Shown here in pieces: positions 11,007 through 20,619 of a stretch of DNA of 64,000 nt (position 1 is the first letter of the stretch; every line of letters starts with the position of its first letter). Source of the stretch: an uncultured Candidatus Rokubacteria bacterium (GTDB lineage Bacteria; Methylomirabilota; Methylomirabilia; Rokubacteriales; CSP1-6); the NCBI GenBank assembly GCA_963762145.1, contig CAVXJS010000005.1:24133-88132 (forward strand), given 5' to 3'. The notes beneath the pieces were generated by a model, which had not been told where the DNA came from, ran no database searches, and was given only the letters and a program-made list of their open reading frames with translations. The translations under genes were made by a program, and so were the position numbers.

Positions 11007-11995
11007 CCGGATCGCGGGAACGTGTGCTGTCGGGGATGCGGCCGACCGGCCAGCTCCACCTCGGCAACTACCTCGGAGCGCTCGAGAACTGGGTCAAGCT
11101 CCAGGACGGCTACGAGTGCTTCTATTTCGTGGCGAACTGGCACGTGCTCACGACCAATCCGGGCGGGATCGGCGAGGTACCCCGGGACACGATCGAGATG
11201 GGCGCGGACTGGCTCGGGGCCGGCCTCGATCCCGAGCGGTCGACGCTGTTCATCCAGTCGCTGGTGCCGGAGCACGCCGAGCTGCACCTGCTCTTCTCCA
11301 TGGCCACGCCGGTGGCCTGGCTCGAGCGGGTCCCCACCTACAAGGAGATGGTGGAGCAGCTCGGCATCGAGTCGCCCTCCTACGGCCTGCTCGGCTACCC
11401 GCTGCTCCAGTCGGCGGACATCCTGATGTACAAGGCCCAGTGGGTCCCGGTGGGCGCCGACCAGGTGCCGCACATCGAGCTGACCCGCGAGGTGGCGCGG
11501 CGATTCAACCACACGTGGAAGGCCGTCTTTCCGGAGCCGCAGGCCAAGCTGACCGAGATCCCCAAGGTGCCGGGGACGGACGGGCGGAAGATGTCGAAGT
11601 CCTACGGCAACGCGATCTATCTGTCCGACACCACCGAGGAGATCACGGCCAAGATCAAGCCGATGGTCACGGATCCCGCGCGCAAGCGCCGCACCGACCC
11701 CGGCAACCCGGACATCTGCCCGGTCTTCGACCTGCACCGGATCTTCACCCCCGCCGCGGAGCGCGAGGCCTGCGCGACGGGCTGCCGCACCGCCGCCATC
11801 GGCTGCCTCGACTGCAAGGGCGTGCTGCTCCGGCACATGCTGCCGCCGCTGGCCGCGATCCGGGAGCGCCGCCAGCGTTTCGTCGAGAAGCCGCAGGCGA
11901 TCGTCGAGATCCTGCACGAAGGCTCCAAGCGCGCCCGCCGCGTCGCCCAGCAGACCATGGCCGAAGTCCACGACGCGGTGAAACTCGAGCCATGA
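11003..11995 (+). CDS. trpS: Tryptophan--tRNA ligase
   Basis: SGMRPTGQLHLGNY, YPLLQSADI, VPVGADQ, KMSKS. Confidence 0.97.
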   Translation: MTGSRERVLSGMRPTGQLHLGNYLGALENWVKLQDGYECFYFVANWHVLTTNPGGIGEVPRDTIEMGADWLGAGLDPERSTLFIQSLVPEHAELHLLFSMATPVAWLERVPTYKEMVEQLGIESPSYGLLGYPLLQSADILMYKAQWVPVGADQVPHIELTREVARRFNHTWKAVFPEPQAKLTEIPKVPGTDGRKMSKSYGNAIYLSDTTEEITAKIKPMVTDPARKRRTDPGNPDICPVFDLHRIFTPAAEREACATGCRTAAIGCLDCKGVLLRHMLPPLAAIRERRQRFVEKPQAIVEILHEGSKRARRVAQQTMAEVHDAVKLEP

Positions 11996-12060
11996 CCGAT
12001 GACCGAGCCCAGCGCCGGAACGAGTGTCCGCGAACCAACGAAATGCCCGGCTATTTCTTC

Positions 12061-12115
12061 GGTTGTCCGCGGATGGGGGAGTGCGGGGGCCATTTCGGGG
12101 CCCCCGCATTAGATA
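12061..12115 (+). repeat. REP-like palindromic element, copy 2
   Basis: GGTTGTCCGCGGATGGGGGAGTGCGGGGGCCATTTCGGGGCCCCCGCATTAGATA in trpS-scpA gap. Confidence 0.85.
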
Positions 12116-12116
12116 A

Positions 12117-12983
12117 ATGAGCGCGCCCGACACGACCACCCAAGGAGCCGTCCAGGACTCCGGGATCACCGTCCGCGTCGAGTCCTTCGTGGGCCCGCTG
12201 GACCTGCTGCTCCATCTCTGCCGCACCAACGAGATGGACCTCTCCCGGCTCTCCCTCCGCACGATCACCGACCAGTACCTGTCGCACCTCGAGTCGGTAC
12301 GCTTCCAGGACCTGGAGACCGCGGGCTCCTTCATGGTCATGGCCGCAACCCTCATCTACCTCAAGTCCAAGCTCCTGTTGCCCGCCAACCCGGACGACCC
12401 GGAGGAGGCGCTGGACGACGAAGGGGAGATGCTCAAGCGCGAGCTGGAAGAGCGGCTGCGCGAGTACGCCCGCGTCAAGGCGCTCGGCACCTGGCTCGCC
12501 GAGCGCGAGGCGGAGCAGACCCTGATCTACGGCCGCACCACCGCCGAGCTGCCGCCGCCCGAGGACGTCCCGCTCGAAGACCTCTCGGTGCACCTCCTCC
12601 AGCGCGCGCTCCAGCGACTCATCGAGGACCAGAAGCGCCGCGTACCCCGGCAGGTGGAGCCGAACCCGCTCTCGGTGCTCGAGCGCATGAGCGAGATGGT
12701 GGAGCTGCTGCGCAGCACCTGGTCGCTCCTGTTCTCCTCGGTCGCGGGTCCCGAGCGCATCCGGGCCGAGTGGGTGGTGACGCTCCTCGCGCTGCTGGAG
12801 CTGGTCCGGCTGGGCGAGGCGCGGGCGCGGCAGGCCGAGCTCTTCGGCGAGATCGTGATCGAGCGCAACGCGGTCAGTGTGCGGGAGCCCGCGCGCGCGA
12901 TCGAGGAAGCATCCGGAGAACCGACCCCCGACCCTGACCCTCTCCCCGAAGGGCAGAGGGATTCCGAGGACTCGCATGCCTGA
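12117..12983 (+). CDS. scpA: Segregation and condensation protein A
   Basis: FVGPLDLLLHL, FMVMAATLIYLKSKLLLP, LALLEL..Q.ELFGEI. Confidence 0.93.
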   Translation: MSAPDTTTQGAVQDSGITVRVESFVGPLDLLLHLCRTNEMDLSRLSLRTITDQYLSHLESVRFQDLETAGSFMVMAATLIYLKSKLLLPANPDDPEEALDDEGEMLKRELEERLREYARVKALGTWLAEREAEQTLIYGRTTAELPPPEDVPLEDLSVHLLQRALQRLIEDQKRRVPRQVEPNPLSVLERMSEMVELLRSTWSLLFSSVAGPERIRAEWVVTLLALLELVRLGEARARQAELFGEIVIERNAVSVREPARAIEEASGEPTPDPDPLPEGQRDSEDSHA

Positions 12984-13623
12984 GATCATCGACGTCGTCG
13001 AAGCGCTGCTCTTCGCCTCGGACACTCCGGTGGAGGCCTCCCGCCTCCAGGAGGTGCTCGACCTCGAGTCGCCCACGGTGGCGCGCGAGCTCGTGGAGAG
13101 CCTGCGCGCCCGGCTGGACACGGAAGGGCGCGCCCTGCAGGTGATGGAGGTGGGCGGCGGCTTCCGTCTCGTGACGCGCCCCGAGATCGCCCCGTGGCTC
13201 GTGAAGCTGGCGCGCAGCCGCACCCGCTCGCGGCTCTCCCGCCCGTCACTCGAGACGCTCGCCATCATCGGCTACCGCCAGCCGGTCTCGCGACCGGAGG
13301 TGGACGCGATTCGCGGCGTCAACTCGGACGCGGTGCTGGAGAACCTGCTCGAGCGGCGCATGATCCGGATCGCGGGCCGCAAGGAGTCGCCGGGCCGCCC
13401 GTTCCTCTACGAGACCACGCGGGAGTTCCTGGTCGCCTTCGGGCTCCGCGATCTCAACGACCTGCCGAAGGTGGAAGGCGAGCTGATCGTGCCCGAGCTC
13501 GCGGAGGCCGCGGCCGCGCAGCTCACCGAGCCCGGGCCCGAGCACGAGGAGACCGCCGCTGCCGCCGATCCGGCTGAGCAAGATCCTGGCTCAGGCGGGG
13601 ATCGCGTCCCGGCGAGCAGCTGA
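12976..13623 (+). CDS. scpB: Segregation and condensation protein B
   Basis: VEALLFAS, LETLAIIGYRQPVSR.E.DAIRGV, GRPFLYETT..FL..FGL. Confidence 0.95.
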   Translation: MPEIIDVVEALLFASDTPVEASRLQEVLDLESPTVARELVESLRARLDTEGRALQVMEVGGGFRLVTRPEIAPWLVKLARSRTRSRLSRPSLETLAIIGYRQPVSRPEVDAIRGVNSDAVLENLLERRMIRIAGRKESPGRPFLYETTREFLVAFGLRDLNDLPKVEGELIVPELAEAAAAQLTEPGPEHEETAAAADPAEQDPGSGGDRVPASS

Positions 13624-14284
13624 AGGGCTGCTCGCGGAAGGACGCGTCACCGTCAACGGCCGTGTCCGGCTCGAGCCGGGCGCCCAGGCGGACCCCGAGC
13701 AGGATCGCATCACGCTCGACGGCCGGCCGCTTCCCGGGCGCGCGCCGCTCCAGTATCTGCTCCTGAACAAGCTGCGCGGCTACGTGACCACTCGCAATGA
13801 CCCGGCCGGCCGACCGGTGGTGCTCGATCTGCTCCCGCCCGCCGCGCGCACCGTGTATCCGGTGGGGCGCCTCGACATCGACGCGGAGGGCCTGCTGCTG
13901 CTCACGAACGACGGCGAGCTCGCCAACCGGCTGCTCCACCCGCGCTACGAGATCCCGCGCGTGTACGAAGTGGAGGTGCGCGGCCGCGTGGACGAGGCGG
14001 ATCTGCCGCGCTGGCGTGTCGGCGCGATCCTGCCCGACGGCCCCGCGGTGCCCAAGCGCGTCACCCGTCTCTCCGGCGGACCGCGGAGCACCCGGCTCCG
14101 CGTGACGTTCGCGGAAGGGCGTTACCGAGAGGTGAAGCGCTACTGCACCGCGCTGGGCCATCCCGTCGAGCGGCTCCAGCGCGTGCAGTTCGGCCCGCTC
14201 CGCCTGGGCGACCTGGCCCCGGGCGCGCACCGCGCGCTGACGCCGGCCGAGATGAGGGCCCTTGACAACTTGCGTGGGGGGTAG
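13559..14284 (+). CDS. rluB: rRNA pseudouridine synthase (RluB/RsuA family) with S4 domain
   Basis: IRLSKILAQAGIASRRAAE S4 domain in frame upstream of listed ORF; YPVGRLD catalytic motif; scpAB synteny; start inferred at CTG. Confidence 0.85.
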   Translation: MPPIRLSKILAQAGIASRRAAEGLLAEGRVTVNGRVRLEPGAQADPEQDRITLDGRPLPGRAPLQYLLLNKLRGYVTTRNDPAGRPVVLDLLPPAARTVYPVGRLDIDAEGLLLLTNDGELANRLLHPRYEIPRVYEVEVRGRVDEADLPRWRVGAILPDGPAVPKRVTRLSGGPRSTRLRVTFAEGRYREVKRYCTALGHPVERLQRVQFGPLRLGDLAPGAHRALTPAEMRALDNLRGG

Positions 14285-14298
14285 GGTTCCGCTATAGT
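14270..14298 (+). promoter_or_regulatory. Putative sigma70 promoter for pheA operon
   Basis: TTGCGT-N17-TATAGT. Confidence 0.5.
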
Positions 14299-14337
14299 GC
14301 CTGGGGTTACGCGACCGACGTGCTTCAGGAGCCCCCG

Positions 14338-15399
14338 ATGAACCTGGACGATTGGCGATCCAGGATCAATAACCTCGACGAAGAGATCCTCAAACTCCTC
14401 AACCAGCGCGGTACCGCCGCCCTCCGGATCGGCGAGCTCAAGAGGCAGCAGGGTCTTCCGTACTACATTCCCGAGCGCGAAGCCCAGGTTCTCGATCGTC
14501 TCGTCGGATTGACCGGAGGTCCGCTCGCGGGCGACGCGATTCGCGCCATCTGGCGGGAGATCCTCTCCGCCTCGCTCGCCCTCGAGCACCCGCTCCCGGT
14601 CGCGTACCTCGGCCCCCCGGGCACCTTCACGCACCAGGCCGCGGTCCGCCGGTTCGGCTCGTCCGCGCAGCTCCTGGCCGTGCGCACGATCGCGGAGATC
14701 TTCGACGAGGTGGAGCGGGGCCGCGCCGAGTTCGGCGTGGTCCCGGTGGAGAACTCGACCGACGGCGCGGTCAACGTGACGCTCGACAGGCTCCTCGACT
14801 CGGACGTGACGATCACCGGCGAGATGACGCTCGACATCTCGCAGCACCTCATCACGCGGGCCGGCGAGCTCGGCGAGGTGAAGCTGGTGTGCTCGCATCC
14901 GCAGGGGCTCGCCCAGTGCCGCGGCTGGCTCGCGGCCCACCTGCCGGAGGCGGTGACCGAGGAGACCCCGTCCACCGCGGCGGCGGTGGAGCGGGCGCGC
15001 GACGACGCCACGGTGGCCGCCATCGCCTCCGACATCGCGGCGCAGGTGCACGGGGTGCCGATCCTCCGCCGGCGCATCGAGGACAACCCGGCGAACTCCA
15101 CCCGCTTCCTGGTGATCGGGCGACAGCCGGTCGGACCCACCGGGCGGGACAAGACGTCCATCCTCTTCTCGATGAAGAACGAGCCGGGCGTGCTCTACAG
15201 CATCCTCAAGCCGTTCGCGGCCCACCGGCTCAACCTGACCAAGATCGAATCGCGACCCACGAAACGCCGCCCCTGGGAGTACGTCAACTTCGTCGACTTC
15301 GAGGGGCATAGCGAGACCGAAAACGTCCGGAACGTGCTGGCCGAGGTCCGGGAGCGCTGCCAGTTCCTGAAGATCCTCGGCTCGTACCCGGCCGCGTAA
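14338..15399 (+). CDS. pheA: Chorismate mutase/prephenate dehydratase
   Basis: AroQ N-terminus; AYLGPPGTF, VPVENST, SHPQGLAQC, NSTRF, NLTKIESRP. Confidence 0.95.
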   Translation: MNLDDWRSRINNLDEEILKLLNQRGTAALRIGELKRQQGLPYYIPEREAQVLDRLVGLTGGPLAGDAIRAIWREILSASLALEHPLPVAYLGPPGTFTHQAAVRRFGSSAQLLAVRTIAEIFDEVERGRAEFGVVPVENSTDGAVNVTLDRLLDSDVTITGEMTLDISQHLITRAGELGEVKLVCSHPQGLAQCRGWLAAHLPEAVTEETPSTAAAVERARDDATVAAIASDIAAQVHGVPILRRRIEDNPANSTRFLVIGRQPVGPTGRDKTSILFSMKNEPGVLYSILKPFAAHRLNLTKIESRPTKRRPWEYVNFVDFEGHSETENVRNVLAEVRERCQFLKILGSYPAA

Positions 15400-15411
15400 G
15401 GAGCATCCGCA

Positions 15412-16527
15412 ATGAGTGCGTCCTGGGAATCACTCGCCAACGAACACATCCTGGGCATCGCGCCCTACGAGCCCGGCAAGCCGATCGAGGAGCTCGAGCG
15501 CGAGCTCGGCATCAGCGACGTCATCAAGCTCGCCTCCAACGAGAATCCGCTGGCTCCCTCGGACCGCGTGATGAAGGCGATGCAGACCGCGCTCACCCAC
15601 ATCAACCGCTATCCGGACGGCAGCGGCTACTACCTGCGCCAGGCCATCGCGCGGCGCCACGGGCTCACCTCCGATCACGTCATCCTCGGCAACGGCTCCA
15701 ACGACATGATCGAGCTGATGGTGCGCGCGTTCCTGCGCCCGGGCGAGGAGGCGGTGATCCCGCATCCCTCCTTCGTGGTCTACCCGATGATCGTGCAGGC
15801 GGTGGGTGGGATCCGGGTGGTGGTGACGCTCAAGGACCAGCGCCTGGACCTGGAGGCGATGGCCCGCGCGATCACCCCGATGACCAAGATGGTGTTCATC
15901 GCGAACCCGAACAACCCGACCGCCACCATCGTGACCGCCGACGAGGTCGAGCACTTCATGGCGCGGGTGCCCGACAAGGTCATCGTCGTCTTCGACGAGG
16001 CCTACGTCGAGTTCGCCCAGGGGCCCGACTTCCCCGACTCGCTCGCCTACCTCAAGCAGGGCCGGAAGGTCGCCTCGCTGCGCACCTTCTCCAAGGCCGC
16101 GAGCCTGGCCGGCCTGCGGGTGGGCTACGGGGTGGCCGATCCCGACTGCATCTCGCTGCTCAACCGCATCCGCCAGCCCTTCAACGTGAACTCGGTGGCC
16201 CAGGCCGCCGCGCTCGCGGCGCTGGAGGACGACTCCCACGTGGTGGAGTGCCTGCGGATGATCGAGGCGGGGCGCGCCTTCCTCTCCGACGAGTTCACCG
16301 CGCTGAAGCTGAAGTTCGCGCCCTCGCGCGCCAACTTCATCCTGGTGGACGTGGGTCGCAGCGCCAGCGAGGTCTTCCACTGGCTGCTCAAGGAAGGCGT
16401 GATCGTACGGCCGATGACGAGCTTCGGGATGGAGAGTGCGCTGCGCGTCACCATCGGCACGCCCGAGGAGAACCGGCGGTTCGTGAAGGCGCTCAAGAAG
16501 GTCCTCGCGGGGGCCAAGAGCGCGTGA
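15412..16527 (+). CDS. hisC: Histidinol-phosphate aminotransferase
   Basis: KLASNENP, NPNNPT, DEAY, RTFSKAASLAGLRVGY. Confidence 0.95.
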   Translation: MSASWESLANEHILGIAPYEPGKPIEELERELGISDVIKLASNENPLAPSDRVMKAMQTALTHINRYPDGSGYYLRQAIARRHGLTSDHVILGNGSNDMIELMVRAFLRPGEEAVIPHPSFVVYPMIVQAVGGIRVVVTLKDQRLDLEAMARAITPMTKMVFIANPNNPTATIVTADEVEHFMARVPDKVIVVFDEAYVEFAQGPDFPDSLAYLKQGRKVASLRTFSKAASLAGLRVGYGVADPDCISLLNRIRQPFNVNSVAQAAALAALEDDSHVVECLRMIEAGRAFLSDEFTALKLKFAPSRANFILVDVGRSASEVFHWLLKEGVIVRPMTSFGMESALRVTIGTPEENRRFVKALKKVLAGAKSA

Positions 16528-17375
16528 TCCGACGCCTCAGTCTGGTCGGTCTCGGGCTGCTGGGCGGATCAGTCGCAAAGGCCGCCCGCGCCCAGAAGCT
16601 GGCCGACGAGATCGTGGCGGTCGGCCGGGACCGGGCCCGCCTCGAGCCCGCGCTCCAGGAAGGCATGGTGGATCGCATCAGCACCAGCCTCGAGGACGGA
16701 GTGGCGGGCGCCGACTTCTGTCTGCTCGCCACCCCGGTGGCCACCCTCACCGCGCTGCTGCCCGCGGTCTGGGAGGCGCTGCCCGCGGAGGCGACGCTCA
16801 CCGACGTCGGCAGCACCAAGGCGGGCATCGTGGACGCGGCGGAGGCCCTCGCGCGCGCGGGCCGGCCGCTCGCCTTCGTGGGCAGCCACCCGATGGCGGG
16901 CTCCGAGCAGAGCGGCTACCGCGTCTCGCGGCCCGATCTGTTCCAGGGCGCGACGGTGATCCTCACCCCCACCGAGCGCACCGACTCGCACGCGGTCAAG
17001 CGGGTGGGGGCCTTCTGGGAAGCGCTCGGGGCGCGCCTGGTGACGCTCGATCCGGTGACCCACGATCGCGCGACCGCCGCGGTCAGCCACCTGCCGCACC
17101 TGGTGGCGGACGCCCTGGTGGACGCGGTGGTGCGCATGGACCCGCGCTTCTTCGAGATCGCGGGACGCGGGTTCAAGGACACCACCCGCATCGCGGCCTC
17201 CGATCCGCAGATGTGGCGCGAGATCTTCCAGGAGAACCGCCAGGGCCTGACCGAGGCGCTCGGCGCCTTCCGGGTCGCGCTCGACGCCCTCGAGCGCCTG
17301 ATCGACGCCGGCGACGCGGCCGCCATCGAAGCCGCGCTGGATCGTATCCGCCGGGTGCGGGAGACCGTAGTGTGA
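16524..17375 (+). CDS. tyrA: Prephenate/arogenate dehydrogenase
   Basis: GLGLLGGS, TDVGSTK, SHPMAGSE, SHLPH, GFKDTTRIA. Confidence 0.93.
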   Translation: MIRRLSLVGLGLLGGSVAKAARAQKLADEIVAVGRDRARLEPALQEGMVDRISTSLEDGVAGADFCLLATPVATLTALLPAVWEALPAEATLTDVGSTKAGIVDAAEALARAGRPLAFVGSHPMAGSEQSGYRVSRPDLFQGATVILTPTERTDSHAVKRVGAFWEALGARLVTLDPVTHDRATAAVSHLPHLVADALVDAVVRMDPRFFEIAGRGFKDTTRIAASDPQMWREIFQENRQGLTEALGAFRVALDALERLIDAGDAAAIEAALDRIRRVRETVV

Positions 17376-17414
17376 GGTGCAGCCGAAGGCGAGCCGAACG
17401 GATACAAAAGAGCC

Positions 17415-17503
17415 GTAAAGGCTTCAGTAGTAAAGGCTTCAGTAGTAAAGGCTTCAGCTCAGTAAAGGCTAGAAGGCTTCAGTAGTAAAGGCTTCAGCAG
17501 TAG
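17415..17503. repeat. Imperfect 15-bp tandem repeat (GTAAAGGCTTCAGTA)n, ~5-6 units
   Basis: Directly visible AT-richer array between tyrA and cmk. Confidence 0.9.
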
Positions 17504-17521
17504 ACCTCTGAAGGTGACTCC

Positions 17522-18205
17522 GTGAAAGCCGGGCAGCGCGACATCGTGATCACCATCGACGGGCCGGCGGGCGCGGGCAAGTCCACGGTGGCCGCGGAGC
17601 TGGCCCGCCGGCTGGGCTTCACCCTGGTCGACACCGGCGCGCTCTACCGCGGGCTCGCGTGGGCGGTGCAGGAGGCGGGAGTCGCCGCCGAGGAGGGCCC
17701 CGCGCTGGCCGCGGTGCTGGACCGGACGAGCGTGCGGCTCGACGGCGCGCGCGTTCTCGTCAACGGTCGAGACGTCAGCGCGGAGATCCGCACCCCCGCG
17801 ATGAGCCGGCTCACGTCGCGGTTGACGACGCTGGGGGTGGTGAGAGATAAGATGACGCCCACCCAGCGGAGCATGGCCGCGGCGGGCGGCGCCGTGCTCG
17901 AGGGGCGCGACACCGGCAGCGTGGTGTGGCCGGAGGCCGAGGTGAAGGTCTATCTCGACGCGGATCTCGATACGCGGGCCCGCCGCCGCCGGGACGACCT
18001 CGTGGCGCGGGGCCTGGGCGGCGATCTGGAGACGGTGCGGGAGGACATCGCGCGGCGCGATCGCCAGGACATGGAGCGCGCGCTGGCCCCGCTGGTGAAG
18101 CCGGAGGGCGCGGTCGTGGTGGATACCACCGGCCACGGCATCACGGAGGTCGTGGACTCATTGTTGCGGGTGATCGAACAGGCGAGATGCTGTACGCGAT
18201 CCTGA
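17522..18205 (+). CDS. cmk: Cytidylate kinase
   Basis: IDGPAGAGKST, DTGALYR, EGRDTGSVVWP, RD..D..R..APL. Confidence 0.95.
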   Translation: MKAGQRDIVITIDGPAGAGKSTVAAELARRLGFTLVDTGALYRGLAWAVQEAGVAAEEGPALAAVLDRTSVRLDGARVLVNGRDVSAEIRTPAMSRLTSRLTTLGVVRDKMTPTQRSMAAAGGAVLEGRDTGSVVWPEAEVKVYLDADLDTRARRRRDDLVARGLGGDLETVREDIARRDRQDMERALAPLVKPEGAVVVDTTGHGITEVVDSLLRVIEQARCCTRS

Positions 18206-18870
18206 AGCCGATCGCGGTGGTGCTGATGCGCCTGCTGTTCCGGCTGGAGGCGGTGGGCCGGGAGCTCGTGCCCGCCACCGGCCCGGTGCTCATCGTGTCC
18301 AATCACGTCAGCGTGCTCGACCCGCCGCTGGTGGGCGGCTCGGTGCCGCGGCCGGTCTACTTCATGGCCAAGGAGGAGCTGTTCCGCATCCCGCTCTTCG
18401 GGCGGCTGATCCGGTCGCTCAACGCGCGGCCGGTGCGGCGGGACGGCTCGGACATGCGGGCGCTGAAGGGCTCGCTGGCCCTGCTCCAGGAGGGCCGCGC
18501 GATCCTCGTGTTTCCCGAGGGTACGCGCGGCGTGGAGGACGAGCCGGTGCGCGCGGGGAGGCCCGGGGTCGGGATGCTCGCGGTGCTGAGCGGCGCGCCG
18601 GTGGTCCCGGTGTACGTGTCCGGTAGCGGCGCGGCGCTGCCGCGGGGACGGGCGCTGCCCCGACCGGGCAAGGTGCGGGTGACCTTCGGGCCCCCGCTGA
18701 GCTTCAAGCGGGAGGGCAAGAGAGCGGGTGACGAGGGACGTAAGGAGGCGTATCGTGAAGCGGCCCAGGAGATGATGCGCGCCATCGGGCAGCTCCGGGA
18801 GCAGCAGAGAGCGGTCCTGAAGCACGGCTGGGATGCCGACCGCGGCACGATTGCGCGGCCGACAATATAG
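18187..18870 (+). CDS. plsC: 1-acyl-sn-glycerol-3-phosphate acyltransferase
   Basis: NHVSVLD, FMAKEEL, FPEGTR. Confidence 0.9.
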   Translation: MLYAILKPIAVVLMRLLFRLEAVGRELVPATGPVLIVSNHVSVLDPPLVGGSVPRPVYFMAKEELFRIPLFGRLIRSLNARPVRRDGSDMRALKGSLALLQEGRAILVFPEGTRGVEDEPVRAGRPGVGMLAVLSGAPVVPVYVSGSGAALPRGRALPRPGKVRVTFGPPLSFKREGKRAGDEGRKEAYREAAQEMMRAIGQLREQQRAVLKHGWDADRGTIARPTI

Positions 18871-18894
18871 ATGGATCCAAGGAGAGGTGGAGTC

Positions 18895-20613
18895 ATGGAC
18901 AACGACAACAAGAAGTCGAAGGCCGCCCTCGTGGGCGTAGCGAAGGAGGTGGGAGATGCCTCCGAGGAGAGCATGGAGTACTGGTTCAACCGCGGCGTCA
19001 GTGACGTCGAGGAAGGCGAGGTAGTTCGCGGTCGCGTGGTCGAGGTGCGCGACAGCGAGGTCCTCGTCGACATCGGCTACAAGAGCGAGGGCACGATCGC
19101 CATCGAGGAGTTCCGGCACGCCGGCGTGCTGCCCAAGGTCGGCGAGGAGATCGAGGTCTACCTCGAGTCCAAGGAGGACAACGAAGGGCTGATCGTCCTC
19201 TCCAAGGACAAGGCGGACAAGATCAAGGTCTGGGACCAGATCTCGAAGGCCCACGACAGCGGCATCCCGGTGGAAGGCCGGGTCGCCGAGGTGGTCAAGG
19301 GCGGCCTCGCGGTCGACGTCGGAGTGCGCGCGTTCCTGCCCGGCTCCCAGGTGGACCTGCGGCCGGTCAAGAACCTGGGCGCGATGGTCGGTCAGACGAT
19401 CCGGGCCAAGGTCATCAAGCTCAACCGCCGGCGCGGCAACGTGGTCCTCTCGCGCCGGGCGATGCTCGAGGAAGAGCGCGAGGAGAAGAAGAAGCACACG
19501 CTCTCCGTGCTCTCCGAGGGCATGGTGCTGACCGGCACCGTGAAGAACCTCACCGACTACGGCGCCTTCATCGACCTGGGGGGCATCGACGGGCTCCTGC
19601 ACGTCACCGACATGTCGTGGGGCCGGGTGGGGCATCCCTCCGAGATCTTCCAGATCGGCGACCAGGTCGAGGTGGTGGTGCTGCACTTCGACCGCGAGAC
19701 CGGCCGGGTCTCGCTGGGCTACAAGCAGAAGTCGTCCGACCCGTGGGCCAACGTGGACGACCGGTATCCGGTCGGCGGCAAGGTCAACGGGCGCATCGTG
19801 AGCCTGACCAACTACGGCGCCTTCGTGGAGCTGGAGCCGGGCGTCGAGGGGCTCGTGCACGTCTCGGAGATGTCGTGGACCCGACGGGTGCGGCACCCCT
19901 CGAAGCTGGTCAACGTGGGGGATACCGTCGAGGTGATGGTGCTCGAGGTCAACAAGGCCACCAAGCGCATCTCGCTCGGCATGAAGCAGGTGGAGACGGA
20001 CCCCTGGGCCACCATCACCGAGCGCTACCAGCCCGGGATGCGGGTGCAGGGCAAGGTGCGCAACCTCACCGACTTCGGCGCCTTCGTGGAGCTGGAGCCC
20101 GGAGTGGACGGCCTCCTGCACATCTCGGACATGTCCTGGACCCGCAACATCGGGCACCCGTCCGAGCTGCTCAAGAAGGGCCAGCCCGTCGACACCCAGA
20201 TCCTCAACGTGGATCGGGAGAACAAGCGCATCTCGCTCGGCCTCAAGCAGATCCAGCCTGATCCGTGGGACAGCGTGGCCTCGCGGTACCCGATGGGCTC
20301 GCGGGTGACGGGCAAGGTCGTGCGCCTCACCGACTTCGGCGCCTTCGTGGAGCTGGAGCCCGGGGTCGACGGTCTGCTGCACATCTCGCAGATGTCGAGC
20401 CGTCCCATCGCCACCCCCGCCGACATCCTCAACGTGGGTGACGAGCTGACTCTCATGGTGATCCGGGTGGACCCGAACGAGCGGCGGATCGGCCTCTCCC
20501 TGAAGGAGCTGGCCGCGGTCATCGAGGAGCCGGCGCAGACCGACGCCGGGCGTGGCCGGGGTCACAAGGGGCGCAAGCGCCGCGGCGGCGACGACTACGA
20601 CGACGAGGAGTAA
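18895..20613 (+). CDS. rpsA: 30S ribosomal protein S1
   Basis: Six S1 repeats (GAFVELEPGVDGLLH); cmk-rpsA synteny. Confidence 0.97.
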   Translation: MDNDNKKSKAALVGVAKEVGDASEESMEYWFNRGVSDVEEGEVVRGRVVEVRDSEVLVDIGYKSEGTIAIEEFRHAGVLPKVGEEIEVYLESKEDNEGLIVLSKDKADKIKVWDQISKAHDSGIPVEGRVAEVVKGGLAVDVGVRAFLPGSQVDLRPVKNLGAMVGQTIRAKVIKLNRRRGNVVLSRRAMLEEEREEKKKHTLSVLSEGMVLTGTVKNLTDYGAFIDLGGIDGLLHVTDMSWGRVGHPSEIFQIGDQVEVVVLHFDRETGRVSLGYKQKSSDPWANVDDRYPVGGKVNGRIVSLTNYGAFVELEPGVEGLVHVSEMSWTRRVRHPSKLVNVGDTVEVMVLEVNKATKRISLGMKQVETDPWATITERYQPGMRVQGKVRNLTDFGAFVELEPGVDGLLHISDMSWTRNIGHPSELLKKGQPVDTQILNVDRENKRISLGLKQIQPDPWDSVASRYPMGSRVTGKVVRLTDFGAFVELEPGVDGLLHISQMSSRPIATPADILNVGDELTLMVIRVDPNERRIGLSLKELAAVIEEPAQTDAGRGRGHKGRKRRGGDDYDDEE

Positions 20614-20619
20614 GCCCGG

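Noticed and set aside
14262-14298. Perfect TTGACA as the -35 of the pheA promoter
   Set aside because: 25-bp spacing to TATAGT is too long; TTGCGT at 17 bp fits better
17415-17503. CRISPR array
   Set aside because: Contiguous 15-bp units with no unique spacers
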